From the NCBI RefSeq assembly GCF_001194135.2, contig NC_068992.1:67383153-67445147 (forward strand): 61,995 nt of DNA. The letters run 5' to 3'. Each line of letters begins with the position of its first letter. Within the stretch, counting starts at the first letter, position 1. The notes below the pieces were generated by a model that saw only the letters and a program-made list of their open reading frames with translations, was not told the DNA's origin and did not search any database. Below are positions 27,247 to 39,862 of the stretch, one piece after another. Source of the stretch: Octopus bimaculoides (taxonomy: Eukaryota). A program made the translations under genes and the position numbers.

Positions 27247-27926
27247 TTACAATGAGCACAGAAATATACTAGACGGCATCTCAACACATTGATCCTGTGT
27301 GGTGCAGAGGTTCACTATCTCCGGCAGACTTCTATCAAGAGTAACGCCCTATGAACTATTGTGTATTCCACCACTAGCCACCACCCTAGAGTCAGTGCTA
27401 ACATCTTTTCGAACCACCGCAATCTCGTTTTATTTCTTCTGTAGTATCTTCTTTGTCCACTCCTTCATCGTCTGACAATTAATCATGTGGTGTTCTTTAT
27501 TATTTCCAAAATTTCAATTTTGTATGGCTCGATTGAACAGAACGTATGGCACGCATACCTATGATTAAGATATTCTGTGCTTTGAACACAATCTAATAAT
27601 CCTTGCGTGAAGTAGAAACCCATCTTTGAAGTTAATGTTGAACCGTTATACCCTCAGGTTCATACGCCTGTCTTCCTGAACAATTGATGAAATGGCTTGC
27701 TCTAAAGATGAAATCAAATATAGAATATTGCTACATGAGGAAGTACGATCGCTTATTGAGACCATCAGTAATTGTGAAGTCTTACAATTGACCCTGTTGA
27801 CTACTGTATAGTCTTACGGTTGGGATCATAAACAATGGTGGAGTCTGACAACTGAGGTCATTCGCTAATTGTGATGTCTAGCAACTGACACTTGGCGATC
27901 CCCATTACTTCGGGTAACAATACCTT
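27247..27926 (-). pseudogene. Three exon-like units with in-frame stops
   Basis: 27818-27926 (cttttgtag / gtaaga), 27559-27701 (tttcatctttag / gtatgc) and 27471 downward (aattgtcag). Best frames have 1-2 stops, e.g. SRVVASGGIHNSS*GVTLDRSLPEIVNL. Confidence 0.35.
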
Positions 27927-29523
27927 CTACAAAAGTGTTTCTATGATATGTTCAGTGAGTGAAGAAACCAAATTTTATAAGAATCTGTTAAAGACTATTT
28001 TAAGACGCTGGTCTTAAAGAAACTGCAGGTTTGGTTCTATGTTCCTTTGTTTACAACGGGGTCGTAGATTTATGGCGAAGAAAGAAAGTGGTGTAATTCA
28101 TATAGAAGTGGGTTTAATGAGGGGTGACAATAGGTTACTGATAGTTCTTCAGTCACATCAACATTTTTAGAGGTTGTCCCACAGAATTAAAATAGAGTAT
28201 AGACGCGCATGCGTAAAAGATGACTTTAGTATGCAGATTAGTTGTCTCTGGCGAACCAGGAGTGAAAATGCTGTGCTTCAATTCTGTCATTCTAGTACTT
28301 CATAACTTTAGACCTTTTAGAAGTTGTTTGTGTATGGGGCTTGTGACAAAAATAAAATGACAGAAAAGTCCCGTAAATGTAACCATGATTATACACTGGT
28401 AGAAAATTGGTTTAGATGGGAAAAAGAGCAGAGAGAATTTAAAGCACCTGGGTATCGATCAGAGATATACATAGGTGATTTATATTTTGTGTTAAAATTA
28501 CATCATTATATATTTAGAAATGAATACATATACAGCGGGTTTAGAGTGTGCCTTTTATGAGTGTTGTGATAAAAAGAACGGTTTTATGACGAAGATTCAG
28601 TCACAATGGTTACCGATATTATTTTGGATTTACTGTATTTATGTGTAAAACAAAATCCCTGCAAAAGTAAATTTAAATCAAAGCCGTGCAGCTACAACAT
28701 ATAAATATTCTATTCAATGCATTATAGCACATGAAATTATTCAGTATGAAAACGAATTAAAATGAATTCAATATCGTAATTTTTCATCGGATATTTAATT
28801 CAATCTTGTGAATATGCTTTCTTTTTTTTTGCTGCAAAGTCAGTATATCCATAAAAATTTGAATAATTGACAAGTATTTAACTGAAGAAGAGTTAGTCAT
28901 AATCTTGTGTAAATATTTTGATCTTGTACAAGTTTTAAACGTATTGAATATTTTATATTTATGACGGTTATTGCGACACACTGATTACTTACTATTCTAT
29001 ATGATTTTGATTGAATAATCTTGCACTGATTCAATCTACCCATATGGCAGAAAATATAGAGGCGTTCACTGACAGTTTCTTAAAGGTATAATGCTATCCT
29101 TGGTAGACAAAACTACGTATCTAACCGCCTCTTACAGCCCAAAATTTAATGTTTCCCATAGTTTCCAAATAATATTTTATGATAAATTTCAAAGTTGCAT
29201 TCATTCGTGATAAAGTGAAAACTACGAGAACTTTACATTTAAGATGAGTAGGCCCGTCTGCTGAAAATGTTATCTCTTCGGATCTATTTAGCATAATGGC
29301 GTGGTTAAGTAATTTGCTTCGTAAAACCGTAATGAAGTCATATGTGTGTGTCTGTGTGTGCGTGTATCATCATATTCGTATGTTGATTGGTTGTCATTTG
29401 TGTTTACAGAGAAAAGGTACGCAATACATATATTAATGTTTGAAACGTTTTTAGAAGTAGAAGTGCCATGAATCGCTCCTCCGATATTTACGTTGCTGAT
29501 TCTTAAAAAGACTGAAAACATAC

Positions 29524-29755
29524 GGTTTGTATAGAAGGAACGATTAATAAATATATGGTGTTGGGTTAGACAAATGAACCAGCATTAGCGACGGAAGCAG
29601 TATCAGTCCAGAACAATAATCCGTTTATATTACTTAACGTAGGTATACTAAATGTAAGTGAGAATCCTGCGGGATTTGTCCTGAAAAAGTATCTCGAATA
29701 GGCATATTGCGCAGAAGTGTCAGCATCAAGTGAAAAGCCTCCAGCAGTGGTTATG
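29524..29755 (-). pseudogene. Exon-like unit with one premature TAA, fibronectin-III-like features
   Basis: cactcattcag| 62 open codons ITTAGGFSLDADTSAQYAYSRYFFRTNPAGFSLTFSIPTLSNINGLLFWTDTASVANAGSFV, TAA (29566-29568), PNTIYLLIVPSIQT |gtatgt. x-PNTxY recalls the Fn3 L.P.T.Y.V.V signature. Confidence 0.45.
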
Positions 29756-29789
29756 CTGAATGAGTGACAATATAAAGTACTTTTACATA

Positions 29790-29910
29790 GACTGTCTTGT
29801 ACTTGTTTCAGTCATCTGACTGCGGCCATGTTGGAGCACCGCCTTTATTCAAGCAAATCGACCCCACGACTTATTCTTTGTAAGCCTAGTACTTATTCTA
29901 TCGGTCACTT
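29790..29910 (-). mobile_element. SINE family A, 3' fragment
   Basis: tacttgtttcagtcatctgactgcggccatgttggagcaccg..aaatcgacccc..gtaagcctagtacttattcta is shared with 6521-6913 and 49935-50278. Confidence 0.85.
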
Positions 29911-31390
29911 TAACACCTCCGACTTACTACCAATTTGGTTATTGGTGAATATTGATCTTTAACATGTGTAATAATAACTATAAAAATATTTTAGTATTGC
30001 AATTTCGGCGTACAGAGCCAGTTAATTTTCGAATCAAATATTGAGTATTGATTTTATTTATGTATAGTACAGGTTTCTAATTAGTATCGACAACTAATAA
30101 ACGATGAGCTTAAAGTGTTCACGTAAACATGTAACTCTAGTTATGATGAATTAACAACGCCGTATCCAACCAACTCAGTCTAACCAAATATCTAGCACTT
30201 CCACTGCATAAATTATGTGGTTGTCAATCTGTAATACGAGCACCATACGGCATTAGAAGCATGCATGTTTCTACTGTAACATGTCTCAGCGAACCGATTC
30301 AATTTAGAGTTAAATCAAAACATATAACTTTATTTACCACCACTGTTTGTAGTCTGTTGTAAATTATATGAACGAATATTTTAATGTATGTTCAATGGCG
30401 GATGCATTTGTTTTATTGTAGTCGTTAGTAACACTTCAGTTACTAACTTTAAAAATTCTGCCATAATAATCTTCGACATTAGAAATTAATGCACTCTTAA
30501 CATTTATCGCATTGCAGTATCGACATCTAGTATACAGCGATTTAAGCCGAGAAAGATAACTGTTTTCTAGACAAACAAAGGCAATTTGCTTCCTTGCTAG
30601 AAAGTTGACACAGATGAAGACATAAATTTACATTCCTGCTGTCATTAGAACAGGATCATGTTACAAATCGATGGATCGGCAATTAATATATTGAATAGAA
30701 CGTCAGGTTTGCTGTAATATAAGGACACTGAGAGTGGTTGCATCCAATTTCCTTGAAACATTTTATAGATGTAATTCCCTCTGTCTCTGCTCTCTATTGT
30801 TCCTTTTCTCTCGCTCTCTACTTGTATGCGTGTACACAGACATAGACAGACACACACACAACACAACACAACACGCCACGCCACGCCGGTATATTTTTCT
30901 GCTGATGACACACCACAGTCAATGCCAGAACCATTTTAACTACGTATAACTTTTTCCCCGTTCATTTATATTGAAATAAGTTCTCACCATTTCTCTCTTG
31001 TACACCATTGATTATATTCCTTCTTGAATCCCATGTTCTTCTCCATTATTCCTTACCAACTACCAAACAAAGTAATGCTTGCTTTCAAAAAATCTATAAT
31101 CCCATTACTTTATTCCGATAGACAGGAATTCACTGTTCCTGAGCAAGCACCCGGCATATACATTCTTTCTTTCAATGTCTTCAACTTTTTGTAACAATAT
31201 TTGCTATATTTATGTAATGACCATAAACTTTCTCCTGCCTCGTATTCTAGTTCTATAATGCTGTATCTCCGTGTTTCTCACTGTAAAATAAATATTTTCT
31301 TGAACATATTTTGATACATATTCAGCTACGTCTAGGTAAAATAGGATCGAGCAAATTGTAATATTTCTACGGTATTATTCCAATGTAGTT

Positions 31391-31519
31391 ATAATAATAA
31401 TAATAATAATGATTATGATAATGATAATAATTATAACAACAATAATAATAATAACGATAATGATAATAACAATAATGATAATAACAATGATAACGATGAT
31501 GATGATAATAATAATAAAT
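31391..31519. repeat. (AAT/GAT/AAC)n microsatellite
   Basis: Direct reading. Confidence 0.95.
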
Positions 31520-31628
31520 CACCTGTCTCATATGGATGATCTCAAGCTGTATACAAAAAATGAGACAGTTTGATTCTTTGATCCAGACAATGAGAATTTC
31601 GGTAAAGATATAGGAATATATTTTGGAG
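31520..31628 (+). mobile_element. R4/Dong-like retrotransposon RT catalytic core fragment
   Basis: HLSHMDDLKLYTKNE/QFDSLIQTMRI/GKDIGIYFG matches HL.FMDDLKLYAK...LDSLIQTVRIFS.DIGM.FG. Confidence 0.8.
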
Positions 31629-31666
31629 GTAATCCTAGCGTGAGCTATTTATGTATAGTAATGCTC

Positions 31667-31699
<33 letters not shown>

Positions 31700-32584
31700 N
31701 NNNNNNNNNNNNNNNNNNNNNNNNNNNNNNNNNNNNNNNNNNNNNNNNNNNNNNNNNNNNNNNNNNNNNNNNNNNNNNNNNNNNNNNNNNNNNNNNNNNN
31801 NNNNNNNNNNNNNNNNNNNNNNNNNNNNNNNNNNNNNNNNNNNNNNNNNNNNNNNNNNNNNNNNNNNNNGGGGGGGGGGTGAGTGTGCTGGCTATATGTA
31901 TATTTACATATACATTATAAACGGAGTTTCGGAATTGGTAGGGCATTTTGGAATTCATGTTTCGTTTGCAATTGTTCAGTACTCGGTCCGGAATTAGTCA
32001 CGTCAATTCTGTTGGAGGTTGTCATGTTCTATTACCTGCTTTGTAGTTGCCACGAATGCAATTTGATATATTTTTCATTTCTGGGCAGGTAAAAAGCTCA
32101 TTCATTTCTATTAAGGGTGGCTCCAATAGTTATTGGAAAATGTATACCTTCATAAATTTCGCTCATTGTTCTACAGCTTCTTTCCAATGCTATTAATACC
32201 ATGGATAAAGTATATGTTCTCCTTCGATATGAATAAAAATGAGCTGGAAAGAAGGAATCGATAAGTTTATTTGACGTGAGGCGTGTACGTAGCAGCGTTT
32301 CACTTCTGCTTAATGTGGAAGCATTAAAACCGTTAGAAAGTATTCCATTGCTTGGGTTCGAACAAACTGGTTGCTAAAGAGTGATGAGGTGGTCACATAA
32401 AAAATGTCAGGAGATGTGAAAAAGAAAAACAGCGCTATTGTGAGAACGGAGGCACGCGGAGGAGTTCAGGGTGAAACCTGCCGAAGGAAAAGCAACAGTT
32501 ATTGACGTGGACTAGAGTTTCTGTATGTACATACGTATGTATGCATATATGCATGTATGTATATGTATGTATATATACATATAT

Positions 32585-32785
32585 ATAGCAGAGTAAGTAC
32601 ATGAATGCGAAACAACTTGGAAAAAATAGTACTCGAATACTAGAGTTAGAGTAGTATGCTTTTATTAAAAACCAGCTAAAATATAGAAAAAAAACTGTTA
32701 CTCAGAGTTTCACGTTCCCGTTCGTCGGACGAGACCGTGACACTCTGAGTAACAGTTTTTGTGATCATTTTGCTGCTTATATTTA
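32585..32785 (-). mobile_element. Non-autonomous palindromic repeat carrying a hammerhead-like core
   Basis: Inverted repeat aaaaactgttactcagagtttcacg (32690-32714) / cgtgacactctgagtaacagttttt (32736-32760), with weaker similarity extending into both flanks. Confidence 0.6.
32695..32730 (-). ncRNA. Minimal type I hammerhead-ribozyme-like motif
   Basis: Minus strand GU-CCGACGA-ACG(GGAA)CGU-GAAA-CUC(U)GAG-UA-AC: core with U4C change, 3-bp stem II, GAAA, palindromic stem III, GUA cleavage triplet; stem I only 2 bp in this copy. Confidence 0.5.
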
Positions 32786-33765
32786 TCTATAAATTTTATA
32801 ACTCTTCATGTCTTTCAAAAGTACTACTGAACATAAGTACCCGTTAATAATATTTGCGTTACAACAAAGTGATTAGTATCATAAGATTTGCCAGTGCTTT
32901 TAACCACAAAGAATATCATTTTTACAAAATGTCTTATATTTTTGTTTTAAACCTCGTTTTCATATTTTAGTTAACTGTATTTGGGAAGGGGACCTTAACT
33001 GTCAACAATCTAAGTCAAGAATGAAATATTTAATTTACTCTGAAAAATACACAACACCGCACTTTCTCCTCACTGCTAAACAAATATTTTGAAATAGCAA
33101 GTGAGACAGTTTGTCTTTTGGAATCAATGTGCATGTTATGACATTTTCATCTTTTATTTCTCATTCTTTTCTTCTCAAAGCCTTCTTTCGATCCGTTTCG
33201 TAAATATTTGTTCTTTTCTCATCGAATTCATCGATGAATAACTTTTTTTAAGTGTTCCACTCGCTCGAATTAACATTCCACATTTATATATACAGTTACT
33301 CAAGAGATGACAGCCTCGAACAAAATTTAGCGATTATTTAAAGTGTGCGATCGATAATGTATATCTATATCACCATGGCGTTATCACGCCCCACCTCTCT
33401 CTCTCTCATACACTTTCCTTCTCTCCCAACGTTTCCTTCTCTCTAACTCTCTTCCCCTCTTTGTCTACACAGACACAAGCAGAGTTATACGTATTAAACT
33501 CTGTATAGATGCAGGTGTATCTGAGTTTGTTTGCGCATTATTCAGTAGCGATATTCAAAACCTCGTACACGTAAAGGTTCCATGCAGTTAGCTTTACTCA
33601 TATGCACCACTATGGGTTCACGCACAGACACTTATGCACACAAACACGCTTACACACAGACATGGGTAAGACTTAACATAAAGAATGTATTGTGCTGAAC
33701 ACCTCTAGTCTAGTTTGTTTGCAGAACGCCCCACAGAAATATTTTAATATTAGTTTCCAATTTTT

Positions 33766-33922
33766 CGTCTCTCTTTACGTTCTGAGATCAAATTCTACCG
33801 AGGTCGACTTTGTCTTTCATCCTTTCAGGGTCGATAAATACAGTATCAGATGCGTACTCGGGTCGATCTAATCGACTGGCCTCCTCCCCAAAAGTGCGGG
33901 TCTAGTACCTAGTGTAGAAAAG
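33766..33922 (+). mobile_element. SINE family B copy (5'-truncated)
   Basis: tttacgttctgagatcaaattctaccgaggtcgactttgtctttcatcctttcagggtcgataaa.., homologous to 57918-58133. Confidence 0.85.
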
Positions 33923-33945
33923 AAAAGAGTACTAGTTTAAAATTC

Positions 33946-34138
33946 AGGCACAAGGCCAGTAATTTCGGAGTATGTGATAAGTCAATTACGTTGACCCTAC
34001 GTTCAGCTGGTACTTATTATATCGACCCCGAAAGGATGAATGGTAAAATTGACATCGGAGAAACTTCAACACAAAGATAAACTAAACGACGTTAAGCTTT
34101 TAATACGGCGTGCTAACGGTTCCGCCAACTCGCCGCTT
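33946..34138 (-). mobile_element. SINE family B copy, tail-to-tail with 33766-33922
   Basis: ggcacaaggccagtaatttcg..ctggtacttattatatcgaccccgaaaggatgaa.. is the reverse complement of family B. Confidence 0.85.
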
Positions 34139-34252
34139 TGCAGATATTTTAATAGTTAATTTCTAACTAGCTCTAATTAGTAATCTCCACACTACTCACG
34201 AATAGTATGGGCCAAAGTTTTAGAATACTCTTTGGCCAGGTGATCATTAGGA

Positions 34253-34287
<35 letters not shown>

Positions 34288-34316
34288 GAGAGGCAGAGAG
34301 AGAGAGAGAGAGAGAT

Positions 34317-34347
<31 letters not shown>

Positions 34348-34440
34348 TGACAGCTGGTTCTCAGCTTGGCATTTAGCGCCATACCTGCGTTGCCTTTCAT
34401 TCCTCTGGATTTAATAAACCGAAAGAGCAGTCAACTACTC

Positions 34441-34500
34441 GAACATCTACTAATCCATTGTCACGTCTACTAATCCGCAATCACACTTACTAATCCACTT
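34441..34500. repeat. 3 x 20-bp imperfect tandem repeat with invariant TACTAATCC core
   Basis: TACTAATCC at 34448, 34468 and 34488 (exact 20-bp period). Confidence 0.85.
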
Positions 34501-34593
34501 TCTGAAGGTAACTTCGCCTGGAAGCTTTATCTTTCATCCCCATATTGTCGATAAAATGTAATACACTCAACATTGCACCTATATCAAAAGCCA

Positions 34594-34850
34594 TTCTTCT
34601 TCTTCTTCTTCTTCTTCTTCTTCTTCTTCTTCTTCTTCTTCTTCTTCTTCTTCTTCTTTTTCTTCTTCTTCTTCTTCTACTCCTCCTCCTTGTCTTTCTT
34701 CTTCTTCTTCTTCTTCTTCTTCTTCTTTTTCTTCTTCTTCTCCTTCTTCTTCTCCTCCTTCTTGTTTTTCTTCTTCTTCTTCTTCTTCTTCTTCTTCTTC
34801 TCCTGCTCCTCCTTCTTTTTCTTCTTCTCCTTTTTCTTCCTCCCCCCTCC
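34594..34850. repeat. Long (TTC/CTC)n polypyrimidine trinucleotide tract
   Basis: Direct reading; source of the poly-R, poly-L, poly-F and poly-K ORFs. Confidence 0.97.
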
Positions 34851-36270
34851 CTCATATTCTCCTCCTATATATTTTACTCCTCTGTCTCCGTCCTGTTTAT
34901 TTATACTCAATCGACCTTCCTCCATATTTTCCTTGTATTTGCCTCCATATTAGATCTGCATTGCTTTAACAAGTTACTTTACATCCATTCTGGTATTCAT
35001 TCCAAGAAACATCATTATATTCTTTAACTTTTGCATCCACGAATGAGTGTCTTCTTAGTTTAACCAATGTAACAACTACATAATTATTCATATGATAAAT
35101 AACATCTTTCAGCTCTATTTTAATAGCTTCACTAATTATATTTGAGATATGTCTCGTGAAATGGAAAAGTTCTATCATTTTTATTATACAATTGAAAATT
35201 CACTAAAAATTCTTCTTTAATATATTTTCCCATTCGTAAATTATAGTTACATTTCTTTTCATTCTTATGTTTAAGTATGTGTATGGTAAATAGCACGTAA
35301 ATTAACCTTCATCTTTTTAATATATATTACATATTTCAATTATGGTTCATATATTTTAATAACGGTTTAGATGTTATTCAACAGATAATCATTACACATT
35401 TTATTATGCCCACATACAAGCACACACACAAACACGCACGCATATATATATGCACTCATATATATTTGTGAATGTATATATATGAATAAATGCACATGTG
35501 TGTGTTCTTTCCTTGTTTTATTCGTATAATTCAGATTTAAATTCATAACCTATTTCATGTGGGAATTCATAAATATTGTGTATAAAGTCCTTCATTCTAT
35601 ATTTCATGTATATTTCTCATAAAATCACTGTTTATAAAAAGATTTTTTTTTAAAAATAGATTACTAGGTTGGAACACAAATAACAGAAATGAACGAAATG
35701 CAATGCTACAATCAATCGCAAATTCGAATTATACCTAATGAAAGTTAGTCACACTTTTAACGACTACATTGAAGATCGCATGTAAGTAACAGTAATACAT
35801 TATATACTATGTTAGAGACACTTTAACTTTGGTTCTGAAAATTTACAAGCAAGAGAGTCCAATAAAATAAGAAATATCGTCTCTTTATATTACAGCAATT
35901 TGCTCTGGAGAACACTTCATGACCAGATGGATTTGTTATTAATGATTTATGAGCAACCTGTTAATTGTGAAAATTCAGCTGCATAAAATTTCGATAAGTT
36001 TTCGGAAATAGGAAACTGAGATAGAGTTATGTGTAGAAGTAACCCAAAACTGCTAAACCAGCAAATGAAACCAATGTTTACAATAGAAATGATTAATATA
36101 ACCAGTTGTAATAATTTGTTAACAACGGAGCTAATATTATCGAAAGAAACGAAACTAATCTAATTCAAATGGAATTGTGTTTTTGTGGTTGCATTTCTTA
36201 TAAGCAAATTCTAATGTGTTAGTTCTTTCATTATTTAATTAGATTAAACACATAATAAATTATGATTATT

Positions 36271-36320
36271 ATGATTAGCAGTATTCATATCATAAATGAT
36301 TAGTAGTATTCATATCATAA
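36271..36320. repeat. 25-bp tandem duplication
   Basis: atgattag(c/t)agtattcatatcataa twice, one mismatch. Confidence 0.9.
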
Positions 36321-36496
36321 TTTAGCTAATTATCACAACTAATATATTGTATGAAAATGTGGTTACATGTTATAATGATTATTATGTGTTTGTTTTACGA
36401 AACAAACTTTTGCTATTCATACCTATTCATAACAACACTTTGGTAAGTTGAATAAAAGTAAGCAAACTCTATAAATACAAATACATATTGCTTCCA

Positions 36497-36597
36497 ACGT
36501 TTGGCACAAAACCAGCAATTTCTAGGGAATTGTTCAAGTCGACTATATCGACCCCAGTACTCAACTGGTACATCGGCGGTAATTGAACTTAGAACTT
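36497..36597 (-). mobile_element. Internally deleted SINE family B copy
   Basis: tttggcacaaaaccagcaattt..tatcgaccccagtactcaactggtac joined directly to cggcggtaattgaacttagaac. Confidence 0.7.
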
Positions 36598-39292
36598 AAT
36601 GACAAAAAATTTTGGAAAAAATTTTTGTGGTGCGGTAAGGATTCTGCCAGATCGCCGCCATATAAGGACAAATAAATGTTAGCTTAAAATGTTGGCACAA
36701 GGCCAACGATTTCGGAGGAGAGAGTAAGTGTGTTACATGTTCCTTAGTAGTCAGCTGGTCCAATTTTATAGTTCCATATTTAGTGCTACCACAATATCCG
36801 TTCATATGTAATACAGAAAGAGTCAGTTTTACATTTAAATTTAGATTGTTTCTTCCGAACAACATATAAGACTGTTCGTTTCTGTGAATTAAAATGGAAC
36901 TCAAATTACAGAGAAATTCATGAGAGAACAGATAACTGTTGGACGATTTAGTATGACCAATACTTCGATAGTTTATGTGAACTATATAAATTGAATTATA
37001 TCAAACAATGGTTGATTGACGATATCTAGATTCTTTCACTATAGATAAAGGTAATGATTGGTAATTTTAATAAAAAATTTGTTTCGAATGAAAGTCGGTG
37101 TGTGTAGTTTTTAGAGTAACTCCGAAACTAGACAGTCAAAATATCTTGCTGATGTTGACTAACGTCTGTAGGTTTGTTTTACATAGATTTGAAAACTAAA
37201 TAATGTTTCAAAATTGCAGTTCTGGGAAGGTAATATTTTAGAAAAGAATTTGATTATCTGGTGAAGACTTACTTTCAAGGACATGCGATATAGAAATTTC
37301 AGTTTCTAATTGCATATAATTGGAAGAATGTGATGAGCTGAGGCTGTTATTGTGCTAATAGGAAATATTATTTTACATAATTACTGCACAGTATATTTTA
37401 GGCATTTTAAAAAATATCAGTTAGGAATTGAATGATGGTAGTTTAGTTTAAATTTGCTAAATAAACGTAGTAACTTACGTGTTAACGATAAAGAACAATT
37501 CATGAGAATGAGGCAGTTAGTGGCTATCATCTTTTATCATTTAATATAACACGTAAGGTGTAATGTACCAAGTATCTAATCAGGGATATTTATGACTGGA
37601 AACACCAGTCTTTACATATTAAAACATTGTATAAATTCCTTGTGGTAGAAGCACTTACATAAATGAGAATCACTGTCACTGTGTATATGAAACTTACTTA
37701 TATTCATTTAACAAAAGTAATTAATTATGAAAGCATGTATTAATTTTTGTCTCAGTTAGTTTATCAAATTAAAAAAGAAACATATTGTGTGATGATTTTC
37801 TCATTAATTCTTTCGATTAAATTTCCGATAACCAAAGTTTCTAAATTAAAAAAAACGAACAAACAAACAAACACAAGCAATGTGCGACGCAACTTATTTA
37901 AATTTAAATACTCTCTCGATGTATTTAAATTTCCCTTTGTTATAAATTAATATGTTTACGGGTATTTGTCATTCCTGACAAACTTTAATCAAATATGTCA
38001 ATGTAAGTGTACAAGATAATTACTAAACTACTTTAAAAGCGTCAATGAAATAACTTAGTCCGGTATTTTTCATGTTAACCACAGTGACAGACATTGATAA
38101 TTTTATGATAATTAAAGTTACGAACGTAAACAATCTTAGAATATTAAACAAAAAGCGCCAACGCATTTGCGTTTCTATCTCTTTTTCCCTCGTACAATTT
38201 TAGAAATTATTGAAGGTAGACATAAGCACAAGGCGTACAGCTTCAACCATACATATTTTCCCTGTAAACGAAAGATAAGTTTTCTGTTTTAACATTAGAA
38301 ACTCTTCCTCAGAAACTGATTGCAATTTTACAGAAATGTATTGTGACATGTGGTTAAAAGATATCTAGCGAAATTGCCTAGTTTAAATATGATTTAACTA
38401 TTTTCATAATACTTTCGATAAATAATAATATAAGATTTCTAAGAAAGCTTCAGGAAATCGGTGAATTGTAATCTGTTGATAACAGGAAGGCCAAGAGAGG
38501 AAATGTCTTACATTGAGTAAGCTGGGGTCGACAACAACTGATCTATTGTTACTTCACGAATGCCTTTAAAATAGGAAATCTTACAAAGAGGTATAAACAT
38601 TTTTCTCGACAAAAAAAAAAAGGAATTAGGAAGCACTCAAAAATGAAGGCATCCAAATGTGATATTTATTTGTGTAAATATAAAATTTATCACATTTTTC
38701 TAAGAATATTCTGTACATAAAACATATGCAAATAAAAGTGCGATACTATTATATATGTTAAGAAAAGATTTCATATTGAAATGTATATAAATTTTAAATT
38801 AAATTACATTCTAGCTTTTTTAAAAATCTAAACAAAAGACAGGTGGCTTCGGTGAACGAAGAGTAATGTAGAGCAATCAGCAAAACAGGCAAAATATTTT
38901 CTTTCACGAGGTTGACAGTCAGTTAGGAAAATAGTTTATGAGTTTGTCATTGTTAGAATTTGAGGAAAATATTAGTAAGGCCTTCGGTTACAATTGTGTA
39001 TTATAATACGTTGTGTAAGAACTAAACCCCATTTTCAATGTACAATAATTTTCTGATAGAGAAATCGTGACAAAATATAATGCCTGAAATGTGTCATGAT
39101 TATTATGGTTCAATATATACCACCTTCTATATATCGTTATAGAAAAATTATATATATATATATATATATAATGAAAAATATTTCAATACAAATGTATTAA
39201 TACAAATGTATCAATTTCCAGCAAAAAGTAGCCCTAAAGGGTATATATATATAAATTCACAAGAATATCGGTACCTTGTTGTACCATTCTTG

Positions 39293-39338
<46 letters not shown>

Positions 39339-39389
39339 TATATGTATGCATGTATATATTTTGCTGCAGGATATATCTGACAACGTAAT

Positions 39390-39444
<55 letters not shown>

Positions 39445-39805
39445 TATATATATATACACTTAAGCATATATGTATGTGAGATAATACATATGTATACGTA
39501 TAGGTGTACATGTATGCATACAAAAATGCTTAAGCGGACATATATAAATATGCATACGTACGCTCACATCCACGGGACGGAGACCTACGCAGTTTTCTTG
39601 CCCACAATTTTAATGATATTATAAAAAGCTAACCAAATAGGATGTCGGGTCAAAATACAAATCAATGAGAACTAACTTTTTCATCATTTAGTCACCAGAA
39701 GGTTCCTCTTACATGTAATAATTATAAGTACAATCACACGCTATGTTCAGGGCATCATTCAATTGATAAGGTAACCCTAACATATAAGGTGTAACAAAAT
39801 ATGTG

Positions 39806-39857
<52 letters not shown>

Positions 39858-39862
39858 ATTGA

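Noticed and set aside
34490-35027. Protamine-like poly-Arg and poly-Leu/Phe/Lys ORFs
   Set aside because: All frames of one (TTC)n tract; no flanking coding signal.
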